A stretch of DNA of 64,000 nt from an uncultured Actinomycetes bacterium (GTDB lineage Bacteria; Actinomycetota; Acidimicrobiia; IMCC26256; JAOSJL01), in contig CAVPGR010000004.1 in NCBI GenBank assembly GCA_963704035.1, forward strand, positions 1,439,138 through 1,503,137. The letters run 5' to 3'. This document shows, in pieces, positions 42,029 to 52,833 of the stretch (the first letter of the stretch is position 1; each line of letters starts with the position of its first letter). A program made the position numbers and the translations under genes. The notes beneath the pieces are model-generated. The model was not told the origin of the DNA and searched no databases. It was given only the letters and a program-made list of their open reading frames with translations.

Positions 42029-44158
42029 TCAGCTCGGAAGCGACGCTCCCGGTCGGGTCGCGAGCAGCAGGGCCGGCGGATAGACGTTGCGAACGTCGCC
42101 GACCCGGGTGTGGGTCAGCGTGAGCTCCGCCTGTTCCTCGCGGCCGGCGTCGTCGATGGGGATCCGGCCGACGTAGGTGACGTCGTCACCGGCGATGTCG
42201 CCCTGCCACCGGTGGTGAGCACGGCCGACCCGTGCTTCCATGACGGCACCGATGAGCGGTTCGCCGCCCTCGTGCACGACGTGGACCGCTCCGGTGCGCG
42301 GTTCGAGCATGGGAAGCAGCGGCCGGCACGCGTCCCGCAGCGCCCCGTACCCGGCTTTGGGGTTCCTGGCGTGGTCGAGGACACTCCAGGTGACGGCAGG
42401 GTGCCCGTCGGCGAAACAGAAATGGCAGAAGCCGCCTGTCGGGGTGTGGCGGATGCGGCGCAGGTCTTCGATCTGCAACTGGATCAGGATGGCCTGGTAC
42501 TCCTGGGTCGCGGAGCGCCATTGCTCGAAGGTTTCGTAGTCCTGCGGTGGGACGTAGCGGTCGAAGAGGCGTCGTTGGAGCGCGTGGTGCTCGAAGAGCC
42601 GGTCCCAGTCGAGATCAGGCCAGCGCTGCGGCTCCATGAAGTCGGCGTCGTCGGGAACCGCCTGGGCACCGAACTCGGACACGAAGCGCGCGGCGCGCGG
42701 CCACGCCGAGAGCATGGGAGCCAGACCCGCCATCTCGCCGTGGTACCAGCCGAAATACCAGTGGGTATCGGTTCCTCCCGACGCCGGCCCGGGCACGATG
42801 CCCGAGTGGCGGTCCACGAAACGGCTCGGGTCCGCCCGACGGATCGCCCGGGCGACGGAGCGGTCCAGTACGTCCTTGTTCCAGGTCGGGAGCGCCATCG
42901 ACGCAAGGAGCCGACCCCCGGTCGAAGCGTCGAGCGGCTCGCCGGGGTTGGCGTCGACCGCTATCGGCTCGTTGTGCGCGCACCACAGGGCGACGCTCGG
43001 ATGGTGGCCCAGGAGGTCGACCATCGCTACCGCCTGGCGGGAGGCCTCGCGGCGAAGACCCCGCGCGTAGCCCCATTGGAGCGGGAAGTCCTGCCACACG
43101 AGGAGACCCGCCTCGTCGGCCGCGTCGTAGAACTCGGGGAGCGTGACGTGCGCGTGGACGCGCAGGAGGTCGAGGTTCGCTTCCTGGGCGAGGCGGATGT
43201 CGCGACGGAAGTCGCTTGCCGTCGTGGTCGCGAGATCCATGCGCGCCGGTCCCTGGTTGGACCCCATGACAAAGATCTGTCGACCGTTGACGGTGAACGC
43301 CCAGTCGTCGACGTGGATCTCGCGAAACGCCGTTCGACACCGCCGGGTGTCACTCGTTACTCCATCGACGTCGACGGTGATCTCGATGTCGACGAGCGGT
43401 TGCCCGCCCAAGCGCCTCGGCCACCACAGAGGCGGGTTGGTGATGTCGATGTTCCACGAGAGCCGGTTGGATCCGGCGGCCACCGTGTCGTCGCGGATCG
43501 CGTGGACGTCCACACCCTCACCCCGAACGTGAGCATGGAGGGACACCGACTTCTCGACCTCGAGTTCCTCGTCAGCGTCGAGGTCGAGATCCACGAGCAG
43601 CTGCCCGTGCTCCGAAGTTGCCTCCGTGCACACGACGCGGGCACGCGCGAGCCGCACGGGGCCCGTCTCGATCATCCGAACCGGGCGCCAGAGGCCACCG
43701 GGGTTCCAGTCCGGGTCGAGGTTGTCCCAGTGGGAGAAGACTCCGGTCACGAGGCGCTTCGCGGTGGCGTCAGGCTGCGGGGGACACGCGAGCTCGACCG
43801 CGAGTGTGTGATCGTTCCCGTGGCCCATCCTCTCGGTCACGTCGAACGCGTGGCACTCGAAGTAGCCCTGGGTGTCGCCCACGTATCCGCCGTCGAGCCA
43901 GATGTCTCCGTAGTAGAAAAGGCCGTGGAGGAGGAGGATGCGTCGCCGCCCCGACGACGGTGGCTCCATCGGGAACGTACGCCGGTAGAGAAGTGGGCCG
44001 TCGCTCGTGGCGAATTCGGGCGACGAACGCCAGTGGCCCGGGACCTGAATTGTCGGCCAGTCCGAATCGTCGAAACCGACGTCGGCGAAGGTTCGCTCGG
44101 TCGTTCCATCGGCTTCGGTCGCCTTCCAGGCGCCGCCGAGATCGAGTACTTCCGTCAT
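42029..44158 (-). CDS. Glycoside hydrolase family 2 (beta-mannosidase-like)
   Basis: GGLWRPV, LWWP, LLRVHAH, FYDAADEAGLLVWQDF, WCAHNEP, FVSEFG. Confidence 0.88.
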   Translation of the reverse strand: MTEVLDLGGAWKATEADGTTERTFADVGFDDSDWPTIQVPGHWRSSPEFATSDGPLLYRRTFPMEPPSSGRRRILLLHGLFYYGDIWLDGGYVGDTQGYFECHAFDVTERMGHGNDHTLAVELACPPQPDATAKRLVTGVFSHWDNLDPDWNPGGLWRPVRMIETGPVRLARARVVCTEATSEHGQLLVDLDLDADEELEVEKSVSLHAHVRGEGVDVHAIRDDTVAAGSNRLSWNIDITNPPLWWPRRLGGQPLVDIEITVDVDGVTSDTRRCRTAFREIHVDDWAFTVNGRQIFVMGSNQGPARMDLATTTASDFRRDIRLAQEANLDLLRVHAHVTLPEFYDAADEAGLLVWQDFPLQWGYARGLRREASRQAVAMVDLLGHHPSVALWCAHNEPIAVDANPGEPLDASTGGRLLASMALPTWNKDVLDRSVARAIRRADPSRFVDRHSGIVPGPASGGTDTHWYFGWYHGEMAGLAPMLSAWPRAARFVSEFGAQAVPDDADFMEPQRWPDLDWDRLFEHHALQRRLFDRYVPPQDYETFEQWRSATQEYQAILIQLQIEDLRRIRHTPTGGFCHFCFADGHPAVTWSVLDHARNPKAGYGALRDACRPLLPMLEPRTGAVHVVHEGGEPLIGAVMEARVGRAHHRWQGDIAGDDVTYVGRIPIDDAGREEQAELTLTHTRVGDVRNVYPPALLLATRPGASLPS

Positions 44159-44196
44159 TTCGGCTCTGTCATGCCCGAACCGTCATGCCGGACCCG

Positions 44197-45328
44197 TCAT
44201 TTCGAGACCGCCGTGTCGCGCGTGGAGTCCTCGTATCGACGACGCTCGTGGATCGCGACGGCGACGAGCGCAGCGATGATCAGCACGGCCAGCGTCGAGG
44301 GAACGAGCCAGTCGGCGAGGTCGGTTCCGGCCACACCGAGTTGATTTCGCAGGAACGACTCGGTGTTGGACCAGACCTTGTCGGTGTACTCGCGCGGCGT
44401 GGGCCTTTCCCGGTACGAACTGGTGCGAGTTGGTGACCCCGTGCGCGGAGAGCTTGTCGATCATCGCATCGGGCTGCGAGAGCGGAATCAGTTCCTCGGT
44501 GGAGTTGGCGATGAACATCGGAGCAGTCTCCTCCCCGACATGGTCGATCGGCGACGCCTCCTTGTATCGCCCGGGACACTCGTCGAGCGTGCAGCCCAGG
44601 AAGTCGGACAGCATGTCGGGAAACGTCAACGTGAGGCATTCGGGGTCGTCGCCACACGCGGCCTTGGCGTCGTTTCCCGGCGCGAGGGCGCTGAGGTCGA
44701 AGATCCCCGACCAGGTGGCGACCGCGCCGACCCGAACTCCGGCAGGTTCGGTGACCAGGGGTTCCCCGGTGGGATTCCCCTTGGTCCCGAGCGTGGCCAC
44801 CATGGCTGCGAGATGACCGCCCGCGGAGCTTCCCACCATTCCGATCTTCGATGGATCCACGTGGTAGGTCGCGGCGTGGTCGGCGAGCCACGCCACCGCG
44901 CGCTGAACGTCGAGGACCGCGTCGGGGAAGGGTGAACCGGTCTCTCCCACGAGGCGGTAGTCGATCGTGACGGTGACGAACCCGCCGGCGGCGAGACGTC
45001 GTGCCGAAGGACGCATGCTCCATCGGTTCCCGGTCGACCAGCCACCGCCGTGGACAAAAACGACGGCTGCGCCGTTACGATCGTCGGGGGCGGGAAGGAA
45101 CACGTCGAGGCGCTGTTCCCGCTCCGGTCCGTATGAGATGTTCTCACGAGCCTCGACGCCGTCACCCTCGTCGGCTGCGTCCGCCGTGCCCGCCCATGCC
45201 GCGGTGAGTACGCCGACGGCCAGGAGCGCGACGAGTGCCACCTGCACGGGCGAGGCAGTCGACGCGACAGCCCGGGGGCGCGGGAGGTGGGTGGAGCGGC
45301 GCGGGTCGGCGCAGGAGGAGAAGGCCAT
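44197..45328 (-). CDS. Secreted esterase/lipase (HGGG-type alpha/beta hydrolase) with C-terminal TM, frameshift near 44395
   Basis: VHGGGW, IDYRL, GSSAGGHL; shifted-frame tail LVPSTLAVLIIAALVAVAIHERRR. Confidence 0.85.
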
Positions 45329-45403
45329 CGGTCGGCGCCGATGGTACCGAGCGGGACACGGCGTTAGCCTCACGGCCCGGACCCGTCACGAGGAGCCCGT
45401 TCG

Positions 45404-46822
45404 ATGAGCCGACCGTCGACGCTCGGCGAGCTGAGAGACGCGGGGTGGATGTCGCGCTCGGTCAAGGACGAGATCCGGGCCAACGCGGCGAAACGGATCG
45501 GCGCAGGGGAACCGGTCGTACGCGGAGTCCTCGGATACGACGAGACGGTGCTTCCCCAAATGGAGAACGCACTTCTCGCCGGACACGACGTGATCCTGCT
45601 CGGCGAGCGCGGGCAGGCCAAGACGCGGATGATCCGCTCGCTGACCGACCTTCTCGACGAGTGGATGCCGATTGTCGCCGGCAGCGAGATCAACGACGAT
45701 CCCTACGCCCCGGTCTCTCCGTATGCGCGCGAGCTCGTCGTCGACAAGGGCGATGCCACGCCACTCCAATGGGTGCATCGTGATCGGAGGTTCGGCGAGA
45801 AGCTCGCGACCCCGGACACGTCGATCGCCGATCTCATCGGTGAGGTGGATCCGATCAAGGTCGCGGAGGGTCGATACCTCTCTGACGAGTTGACGATTCA
45901 CTACGGACTCGTCCCTCGAACGAACCGAGGGATCTTCTCGATCAACGAGCTGCCCGATCTCGCCGAACGCATCCAGGTCGGTCTCCTGAACGTTCTCGAG
46001 GAGCGCGACATCCAGATCCGCGGCTACAAGGTTCACCTGCCGCTCGACCTGATGCTCGTGGCGTCGGCGAACCCCGAGGACTACACGAACAGGGGACGGA
46101 TCATCACGCCCCTGAAGGATCGGTTCGGAGCTCAGATCCGTACCCACTATCCGCTCGACGCGAACGTGGAGGTTGCCGTCATCGATCTCGAGGCGGAACT
46201 TCTCGAACCGGATGGGGTCGACGTCAGCGTTCCCGGGTTCATGACAGCGATCGTCGCCGAGGTGTCACAGCTCGCCCGACAGTCTCCCCACATCAATCAG
46301 CGCAGCGGCGTGTCGGTGCGGCTGTCCATCACGAACCGGGAGACGTTGGTGGCCAACGCACTACGTCGAGCCTTACGTCGCGGCGAACGCGAGGTCGTGC
46401 CACGGATCAGCGACCTCGACGCCCTCGTCGCGTCGACCGGGGGGAAGGTCGAGTTCGAGACGGTCGAAGAAGGCCGCGACGAACAGGTTCTGGACCGGAT
46501 CATGAAGGGCGCGGTGCTCGAAACATTCCGGATTCAGGTGGACCCGACACTTCTTCCGGGTGTCGTGTCGGCCTTCGACGACGGCCTCATCGCCCATACC
46601 GGCGACGACGTAGCGAGCGACGACTACGTCGCTTTGGTCACCGACCACCCCGAGTTGGGCGAGGTTCTCCGCTCGCTCGACGTCGGTGAGTCGCCCGCGG
46701 AGGTGGCGGCGGCGGTGGAGTTCATCCTCGAGGGCCTCCACCTGTCGAAGCGGCTCAACAAGGACGCCGCCGCCGGCCGCGCCGTTTATAGGGGGCGCCC
46801 GAAGCCGGACCCTGCTTCCTAG
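45404..46822 (+). CDS. Mg-chelatase ChlI-like AAA+ ATPase (Rv0958-like)
   Basis: GERGQAKT, INELPDL, ANPEDYTNRGRIITPLKDRFG. Confidence 0.92.
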   Translation: MSRPSTLGELRDAGWMSRSVKDEIRANAAKRIGAGEPVVRGVLGYDETVLPQMENALLAGHDVILLGERGQAKTRMIRSLTDLLDEWMPIVAGSEINDDPYAPVSPYARELVVDKGDATPLQWVHRDRRFGEKLATPDTSIADLIGEVDPIKVAEGRYLSDELTIHYGLVPRTNRGIFSINELPDLAERIQVGLLNVLEERDIQIRGYKVHLPLDLMLVASANPEDYTNRGRIITPLKDRFGAQIRTHYPLDANVEVAVIDLEAELLEPDGVDVSVPGFMTAIVAEVSQLARQSPHINQRSGVSVRLSITNRETLVANALRRALRRGEREVVPRISDLDALVASTGGKVEFETVEEGRDEQVLDRIMKGAVLETFRIQVDPTLLPGVVSAFDDGLIAHTGDDVASDDYVALVTDHPELGEVLRSLDVGESPAEVAAAVEFILEGLHLSKRLNKDAAAGRAVYRGRPKPDPAS

Positions 46823-47232
46823 CCGTAAGGCGAGCTGCCGCCCAGGAGTTCGCATCCCTGGGATGCGAAGCGGTTCAATTCGTCGACGCTCTTCTTGATC
46901 TCGGGATCGTCCACCACCGACTCGTCGCCGTCGGCTGCGACCTCCAGCGACTCGAGGAAGACGCGCGCCTCGTCGACGATCTCGTCGGGTGCGGTCTCGA
47001 CCATCTCCGTCACGAGTTCGATCTGTTCTTCCGGTGTGGCGGTCGGCACCTCCTCGTCGAAGGTCGCCGCGGCGTCACAGAACTCGTCGGACGCTGCCGC
47101 CGTGTCGCCGCCCGAACAGGCCATCCCCAGGAGGCCGACGGCGGCGGCACCCAGCAGCGGCCGGATCCACCTCCATGTGCTTGTCGGGCAATGCCGGCGT
47201 CGCAGGGGTTCCACGGGTCCATGCTGCGACAC
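46819..47232 (-). CDS. Small acidic lipoprotein, hypothetical
   Basis: Lipobox-like LGMAC; two further Cys; start uncertain. Confidence 0.65.
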   Translation of the reverse strand: MSQHGPVEPLRRRHCPTSTWRWIRPLLGAAAVGLLGMACSGGDTAAASDEFCDAAATFDEEVPTATPEEQIELVTEMVETAPDEIVDEARVFLESLEVAADGDESVVDDPEIKKSVDELNRFASQGCELLGGSSPYG

Positions 47233-47271
47233 CCCGGGTGTGGGGTCCGCATCGGCCGGTACCCTCGCCGG

Positions 47272-49269
47272 ATGGCGCGGGTTTTCCGGTACTCACGGTG
47301 GGACGGAACCCAACAGGGCTTCGATCTCGACGCGGAGGCGCTCTTCTCGGAGATTTCCGATGACCTCGTCTATCACGGCGATCTCAACGCGGCGCTTCGC
47401 CGCCTGCTCCAGGGGGGAATGGAGGACTCCGACGGGAACCGGATGATGGGGCTGCGTGAGATGCTCCGCAAGCTCCGGAAGCGTCGCCGTGAGGAGCTGG
47501 AGAAGCACGATCTCGGGGGCGCGTACGCGGACGTGAACAGACGGCTCGACGACGTGATCGACGAGGAACGCCGCGGCATCGACGAGCGGCTGGCGGAGCC
47601 GCGCGATTCGTCCGACCAGCGCAGTCACGACCTGCTCGAAGAGGCCGCCACTCGGGCACGGCGTACGCTCGACGAGCTTCCACCCGATCTCGTGTCGCGC
47701 GTTCGTGGCCTCCAGGACCACGAGTTCATGAGCGACGACGCCCGCCGTCACTTCGAGGAACTGCTCGATGAGCTTCGCAGCGAGCTCATGAGCAGCTACT
47801 TCAACCAGATCTCCGAGGGAATGCGCGACATGTCCCCCGAGCAGATGCAGAAGACCAAGGACATGCTGGCCGAATTGAACACCATGCTCGAGGCGCGGGA
47901 GCGGGGTGACGAGCCCGACTTCGCCGGGTTCATGGAGCGTCACGGCGACTTCTTTCCCGGCAATCCGCAAACGCTCGACGAACTCCTCGAGCAGATGGCG
48001 CGCTCGATGGCCCAGATGCAGCAGCTCCTGAACTCGATGACACCCGAACAGCGGGCGCAGCTCATGGAGCTCTCCGAGGAACTCCTCGGGGACCTGGATC
48101 TGGGGTGGCAGGTCAGTGAATTGGGTCGACACCTCGCACAGGCGTTCCCGAACCTCCCGTGGGAGGGAAGCCTTCCCTTCGAAGGAAACGACCCACTGGG
48201 TTTCGGAGCGATGCCGGGTCTGCTCGAGACGCTGGGTGACCTCGATGAGCTCGAGCACCTCCTCGGCAATACCACGCAGCCGGGTCAGCTCGCCGAAGTC
48301 GACATCGACAAGGCGAGGGCCTTTCTCGGTGACGACGCGGCAACGTCGCTCGAACGTCTCGCCGACCTGGCGCGCATGTTGGAGGAGGCGGGCCTCATCG
48401 AGCAGCGGGAGGGCCGCCTCGAGCTCACGCCACGCGGTATCCGTGCGCTCGGGAACCAGGCGCTTCGCGAGCTGTTCCGATCGATACTGAACGACGCTCC
48501 GGCGCGCCACGACACCGAATCCACCGGCACCGGAAACGAGCGAACCTACGAGCACAAGCCCTACGAGTTCGGCGACTCGTTCCATCTCGCCGTCGGCCCG
48601 ACGATACGCAACGCGCTCTGGCGACAAGGTTCGGGTGTCCCCGTCCGCCTCAGTCCCGATGACTTCGAGATCGAACGCACGGAGGCGACGACGCGCACGT
48701 CGACGGTCCTGCTCCTCGACCTGTCGATGTCCATGCCCATGCGCGACAATTTTCTTCCCGCCAAGAAGGTGGCGATGGCGCTGCACGCGTTGATTTCCGG
48801 TCAGTTCCCCGGTGACCACCTCGCGCTGGTCGGGTTCGGGCGGGTCGCGCGTCCCATCGAAGCTCAGAAGCTGCCCGAGGTCTCATGGGACTTCGAGTGG
48901 GGAACCAACATGCAGCACGCGCTGATGCTGGCCCGACGCGATCTCGCTCACCGTTCGGGAACCAAGCAGGTCATCATGATCACGGACGGGGAACCGACCG
49001 CCCACATCGAACAGGGAGAGCCCGTCTTCCAGTACCCGCCGTCAACCGCCACCGTCGAAGAGACCCTGCGTGAGGTCACGCGTTGCACACGGGCGGAGAT
49101 ACGTATCAACACGTTCATGCTCGACGAGAGTTACGCCCTCCGTGAGTTCGTCGAGCGGATGACGCGGCTCAACCGGGGCCGGGCCTTTTTCACGACTCCC
49201 GATGAGCTCGGCAGCTACGTTCTCGTGGACTTCCTGGAGGCCCGGGCCCGTCGGCGCCGTGTGAGCTGA
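47272..49269 (+). CDS. VWA-domain protein (Rv0959-like), partner of the AAA+ ATPase
   Basis: FRYSRWDGTQ N-terminus; MIDAS DLSMS, TNMQH, ITDGEPT. Confidence 0.92.
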   Translation: MARVFRYSRWDGTQQGFDLDAEALFSEISDDLVYHGDLNAALRRLLQGGMEDSDGNRMMGLREMLRKLRKRRREELEKHDLGGAYADVNRRLDDVIDEERRGIDERLAEPRDSSDQRSHDLLEEAATRARRTLDELPPDLVSRVRGLQDHEFMSDDARRHFEELLDELRSELMSSYFNQISEGMRDMSPEQMQKTKDMLAELNTMLEARERGDEPDFAGFMERHGDFFPGNPQTLDELLEQMARSMAQMQQLLNSMTPEQRAQLMELSEELLGDLDLGWQVSELGRHLAQAFPNLPWEGSLPFEGNDPLGFGAMPGLLETLGDLDELEHLLGNTTQPGQLAEVDIDKARAFLGDDAATSLERLADLARMLEEAGLIEQREGRLELTPRGIRALGNQALRELFRSILNDAPARHDTESTGTGNERTYEHKPYEFGDSFHLAVGPTIRNALWRQGSGVPVRLSPDDFEIERTEATTRTSTVLLLDLSMSMPMRDNFLPAKKVAMALHALISGQFPGDHLALVGFGRVARPIEAQKLPEVSWDFEWGTNMQHALMLARRDLAHRSGTKQVIMITDGEPTAHIEQGEPVFQYPPSTATVEETLREVTRCTRAEIRINTFMLDESYALREFVERMTRLNRGRAFFTTPDELGSYVLVDFLEARARRRRVS

Positions 49270-49336
49270 GCGCCGGATGTGACCTGTTGGCTCAAGCCGG
49301 CCCACCCACAGCCGATGACTGGGGGGAGGAGCCGAC

Positions 49337-50938
49337 ATGAATGACGTCACCACCGACCCGCGTCAGGACGCTTTAGCGGCGTTGCCGCAGGACGTTCAAG
49401 AGCGGATCAACGAAGAGGCGCGGGGCGCGGGGTTGCGCCACGAGCCCACCATCGCCGCGATTCGGCGTCGCCGGTTCCAGATCTCGTCCGTGGCCGTGCT
49501 GGTCGTCATCGGTCTCCTGGTCGTCACGGCGCTTGCGTCGGGCGTGGGCCCGGACGAGGACATCGTTCTGTCGCCCACGGTGTTGCGCTTCGGCCTGCTG
49601 GCTCTGGCCATCGGCTTCCTGGTCTATGCGATCGAAAAGGAACTCCACCTCCGTCGCCTCGGTCGTCTGCTCGCCGACGAGTTCGCGATCAACACCGCCT
49701 TGTCTCACAGTCTCGATCAGTACAGCGCACTCGTGGCAGCAGGTCAGGTCGTCAACTCCGTTCTGGAACTCGAGGATGTTCTCGATGTCATCCTCGAGAA
49801 CGCGCTCGACATGCTCGAGGGAACCCGCGGTTCGGTCATGCTCCTCGAGGGCACTGACGAGCTGCGCTCGGTCGCCGTGCGGGGGAACGACCGCGCCAAG
49901 GGTGCCGCGGTGAAGCTCGGGGAGTCCATCTCCGGGCATGTCGCCCGCACTCGTGAGGCCGTGGTTCTCTCCGGGGATGTCGACGGGGAACGCTTCCCCG
50001 GCAAACCCACCAGCGAGCAGGCGCCGACGAGTGCAGTCTGTGCGCCCCTGGAGCACCGCGGAGAGCTGCTCGGGGTGATCAACGTGAGCCGCGACTCCTC
50101 CGACTACGACGAGTACGACCTCCAGACACTGCGCCTCTTCGCGGAGCCCGCCGCGGCGGCGATCGCCAACGGCAGGCTCTACGAAGCCGAACGTGCCCAC
50201 GTGGCCGAGCTGCTCGAACTCGACCGCATGAAGACGGAGTTCATGGCCTCCATGGGCCACGAGCTGCGGACCCCTCTCACCTCGATCCGGGGCGCCGTTG
50301 CGGCTTCGCGTCGTCCCGTGCTCGCCGACGAGGAACGTGGCCACCTCCTGGAGGTCGTGGATCGCCAGGCCGAACGCCTGCACGCGATGGTGGAGGAGAT
50401 GCTCACCTCGGCCGACCAGCGAACCCCGGGGGTCATGCCGATGCTGCGCCCGATCGACCTCGCGGCTCTGGTGCGCCTCGTCGCCCTCGACTCTCAGGTG
50501 GCCGGCCGACCGGTCGAGGTGGACGCTCCACCGCGCTGCGATGTCCGCGGCGACCCCGAATCCATTCGGCGCATCGTCGGGAACCTGATCGAGAACGCCT
50601 TCAAGTACGGCGAACCCCCCGTCAGGATCGTGGTGGGGTGCCACGACGACTCCGTGGTCCTGTCGGTCGAGGACGGCGGCCGCGGCGTTCCCGAATCCGA
50701 ACGGGAGAGGATCTTCGAGCGCTACTACCGGGCAAATCGGTCAGACAGCACGCCTGGTCACGGCCTGGGTCTCCCCATCGTCCGGGGGCTCGTGACCGCC
50801 TGTGGCGGAACTGTCTGGGTGGAAGACGCCACCAACGGTGGCGCAGCCTTCAGAGTGACCCTCCCCGTCCGATCAGAAGTCGACGAACCAGCACCGAACC
50901 GGGAGGAGCCGGCGTGGGCGGCAAGCCAAAAGTCCTGA
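49337..50938 (+). CDS. GAF-domain sensor histidine kinase
   Basis: Two TM helices, GAF, GHELRTPL, NLIENAFKY, GHGLGL. Confidence 0.92.
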   Translation: MNDVTTDPRQDALAALPQDVQERINEEARGAGLRHEPTIAAIRRRRFQISSVAVLVVIGLLVVTALASGVGPDEDIVLSPTVLRFGLLALAIGFLVYAIEKELHLRRLGRLLADEFAINTALSHSLDQYSALVAAGQVVNSVLELEDVLDVILENALDMLEGTRGSVMLLEGTDELRSVAVRGNDRAKGAAVKLGESISGHVARTREAVVLSGDVDGERFPGKPTSEQAPTSAVCAPLEHRGELLGVINVSRDSSDYDEYDLQTLRLFAEPAAAAIANGRLYEAERAHVAELLELDRMKTEFMASMGHELRTPLTSIRGAVAASRRPVLADEERGHLLEVVDRQAERLHAMVEEMLTSADQRTPGVMPMLRPIDLAALVRLVALDSQVAGRPVEVDAPPRCDVRGDPESIRRIVGNLIENAFKYGEPPVRIVVGCHDDSVVLSVEDGGRGVPESERERIFERYYRANRSDSTPGHGLGLPIVRGLVTACGGTVWVEDATNGGAAFRVTLPVRSEVDEPAPNREEPAWAASQKS

Positions 50939-51372
50939 TCGTGGACGATGAGCCCGATGTGCTGCTGACGCTGCGCATCCTGCTCGAGGGCGAAGGTTTC
51001 GAACCGTCTCTGGCTGCCGAGGGTGAGACGGCTCTTCGACGTATCGACAATGAGCAGCCGGACCTCCTGCTGCTGGACATCATGATGCCTGTCCTCGACG
51101 GTTGGATGGTTCTCGCACAGCTCTCCGACCGTCCGCACCGTCCGAAGGTCGTCGTGTGTTCGGCCAAGACCGGAGAGCTCGACATCGCCCGCGCCAAGGA
51201 GCTCGGCGCTGCCGCGTACATCACGAAGCCGTTCGACCCCATGGATCTCGTTGCGACGTTGCGCGAAGTCCTTGCCGGCCGGGAGACCCAACGGGTCGAA
51301 ACCGCGCCGGAGACCGCGTCCGACGCTCCGTCACAGACAACGTCGCCCGACGTGGTGAATCACACCACCTAG
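50914..51372 (+). CDS. Single-domain (receiver-only) response regulator
   Basis: GGAGG RBS then GTG; VLIVDDE, LLDIMMP, YITKPF; no output domain. Confidence 0.9.
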   Translation: MGGKPKVLIVDDEPDVLLTLRILLEGEGFEPSLAAEGETALRRIDNEQPDLLLLDIMMPVLDGWMVLAQLSDRPHRPKVVVCSAKTGELDIARAKELGAAAYITKPFDPMDLVATLREVLAGRETQRVETAPETASDAPSQTTSPDVVNHTT

Positions 51373-51390
51373 CCGAACCTCTTCGACTCG

Positions 51391-52716
51391 CTAGCCGGAG
51401 CTCTCCACTTCGGAACGGTGTCCGGCGCGGGACGTACGTTCTGTTCGGTTCCGCCTCCAAGCCTGTACCCGCTCACTGATACTCGGCTTCCGCGGAGTCC
51501 CGGGCCGGTCGCGACCCCGACGGAGTCCACGGAGGTAGGAGAGACCCGCAAATCCGAGCGCCAGTGAGAGCGTGAGAAATCCGATCTGCGGGCTCGGCAC
51601 GAACACGACGGCCAGCAGCGACCCGACGACCCACAGGATCTGGAACTTCGTCTCCATCCGGGCGAACGTCCGACCACGGATGGCATCGGGAGCGTCGCGC
51701 TGGAGCACGCTGTCGAAGGCCAGCTTGCCGGCACTCGCTCCGATACCCACTGCCAACGACGCCAGGAGGGCGGTGACGGAGTTGTAGAACCGGGCGACCC
51801 CCAACACAGCGACGGCGGGGAGGAGGAGCGACCCCACCAGGATGTATTCCTCGCGGATCCGCTCGCGCAGGCTCGGTGCCACGACGGCGCCGAGAAGGGT
51901 GCCGAGTGAACTCACAGCCAGCGCGGCTCCGAAGACCCAGAAGGGCTCACCGGCGCGCTTGAAGGTGAACGCCAGCAACAGGACGAGAAAGCCCACGCCC
52001 ATGCGCATGACGGCCATAGCAGTGCCGGCCAGCACCACGCTCGGCAGGTGCAGCTCCTCGCGTTCGAGCTCGAGCTGAGCGCTTCGTTTCTCGTCGGCGG
52101 TTCGTCGCACCTTCGATCTCGGAATCCTCAGAGCGAAGACCGCGCCCGCCAGGTAGATGAAGGCCCCGACGCGCAGAACCCAGTCGGGACCGAACAGGCC
52201 CAGGATCGCACCCGCGACGATGCCGGCTATCGCTCCGGCGACGACGCCGACCACCGACAGGCGCGAGTTGGCCGTGACGAGCTCGTCGTGGTCGCGAACG
52301 AGCATGGGAACGAGCGAGCTCTTCGAGATCGAGTAGGTCTTGCCCAGAACGAGCAGCGAGAACGCAAGGGGATACAACGCGAGGTCGTTGAGGTGGTCGG
52401 CCGTGACGAGACACAACACGAACTGTGTGATGCCCACGGCCGTGATCATGAGCGACCGGGCACCGCGGATCCGGTCGAGGGCCGGTCCCATGAAGGGGGC
52501 GACGATCGCAAAGGGCGCCATCGTGAAGAGCAGCGCCAGGATCACACGCGGACGGGCGGCATCCGCCGACACGGTGAAGAAGAGAGACCCGGATAGCGCG
52601 AGGAAGAAGAAGACGTCACCCGAGACCGAGAAGCTGTGGGTCACCGCGAGTCGTGAAAAGGGCGTCGCCCCCGCGAATCTCGGATCACGGGGCCCCGGAG
52701 GGTTCGGGTTCGCCAT
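51391..52716 (-). CDS. MFS-type transporter
   Basis: About twelve TM helices; APFMGPALDR; AIRGRTFAR. Confidence 0.85.
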   Translation of the reverse strand: MANPNPPGPRDPRFAGATPFSRLAVTHSFSVSGDVFFFLALSGSLFFTVSADAARPRVILALLFTMAPFAIVAPFMGPALDRIRGARSLMITAVGITQFVLCLVTADHLNDLALYPLAFSLLVLGKTYSISKSSLVPMLVRDHDELVTANSRLSVVGVVAGAIAGIVAGAILGLFGPDWVLRVGAFIYLAGAVFALRIPRSKVRRTADEKRSAQLELEREELHLPSVVLAGTAMAVMRMGVGFLVLLLAFTFKRAGEPFWVFGAALAVSSLGTLLGAVVAPSLRERIREEYILVGSLLLPAVAVLGVARFYNSVTALLASLAVGIGASAGKLAFDSVLQRDAPDAIRGRTFARMETKFQILWVVGSLLAVVFVPSPQIGFLTLSLALGFAGLSYLRGLRRGRDRPGTPRKPSISERVQAWRRNRTERTSRAGHRSEVESSG

Positions 52717-52833
52717 CGCGGTGCGAGCCTACCGCCGACCCGGATTGCAGCTGGAGGAGTCCGGGCCGACGAGAGCAGGCGGGGGGCGACCGGCCTGGAG
52801 AACCGCGACCGGGGCCACCGGTAGGCTGTTGGT

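Noticed and set aside
39163-44344. Long antisense ORFs (39163..41184, 41882..44344; also 7226..8713, 31400..33433, 47293..48819)
   Set aside because: Shadow ORFs expected opposite real genes in high-GC DNA; no motifs or RBS.
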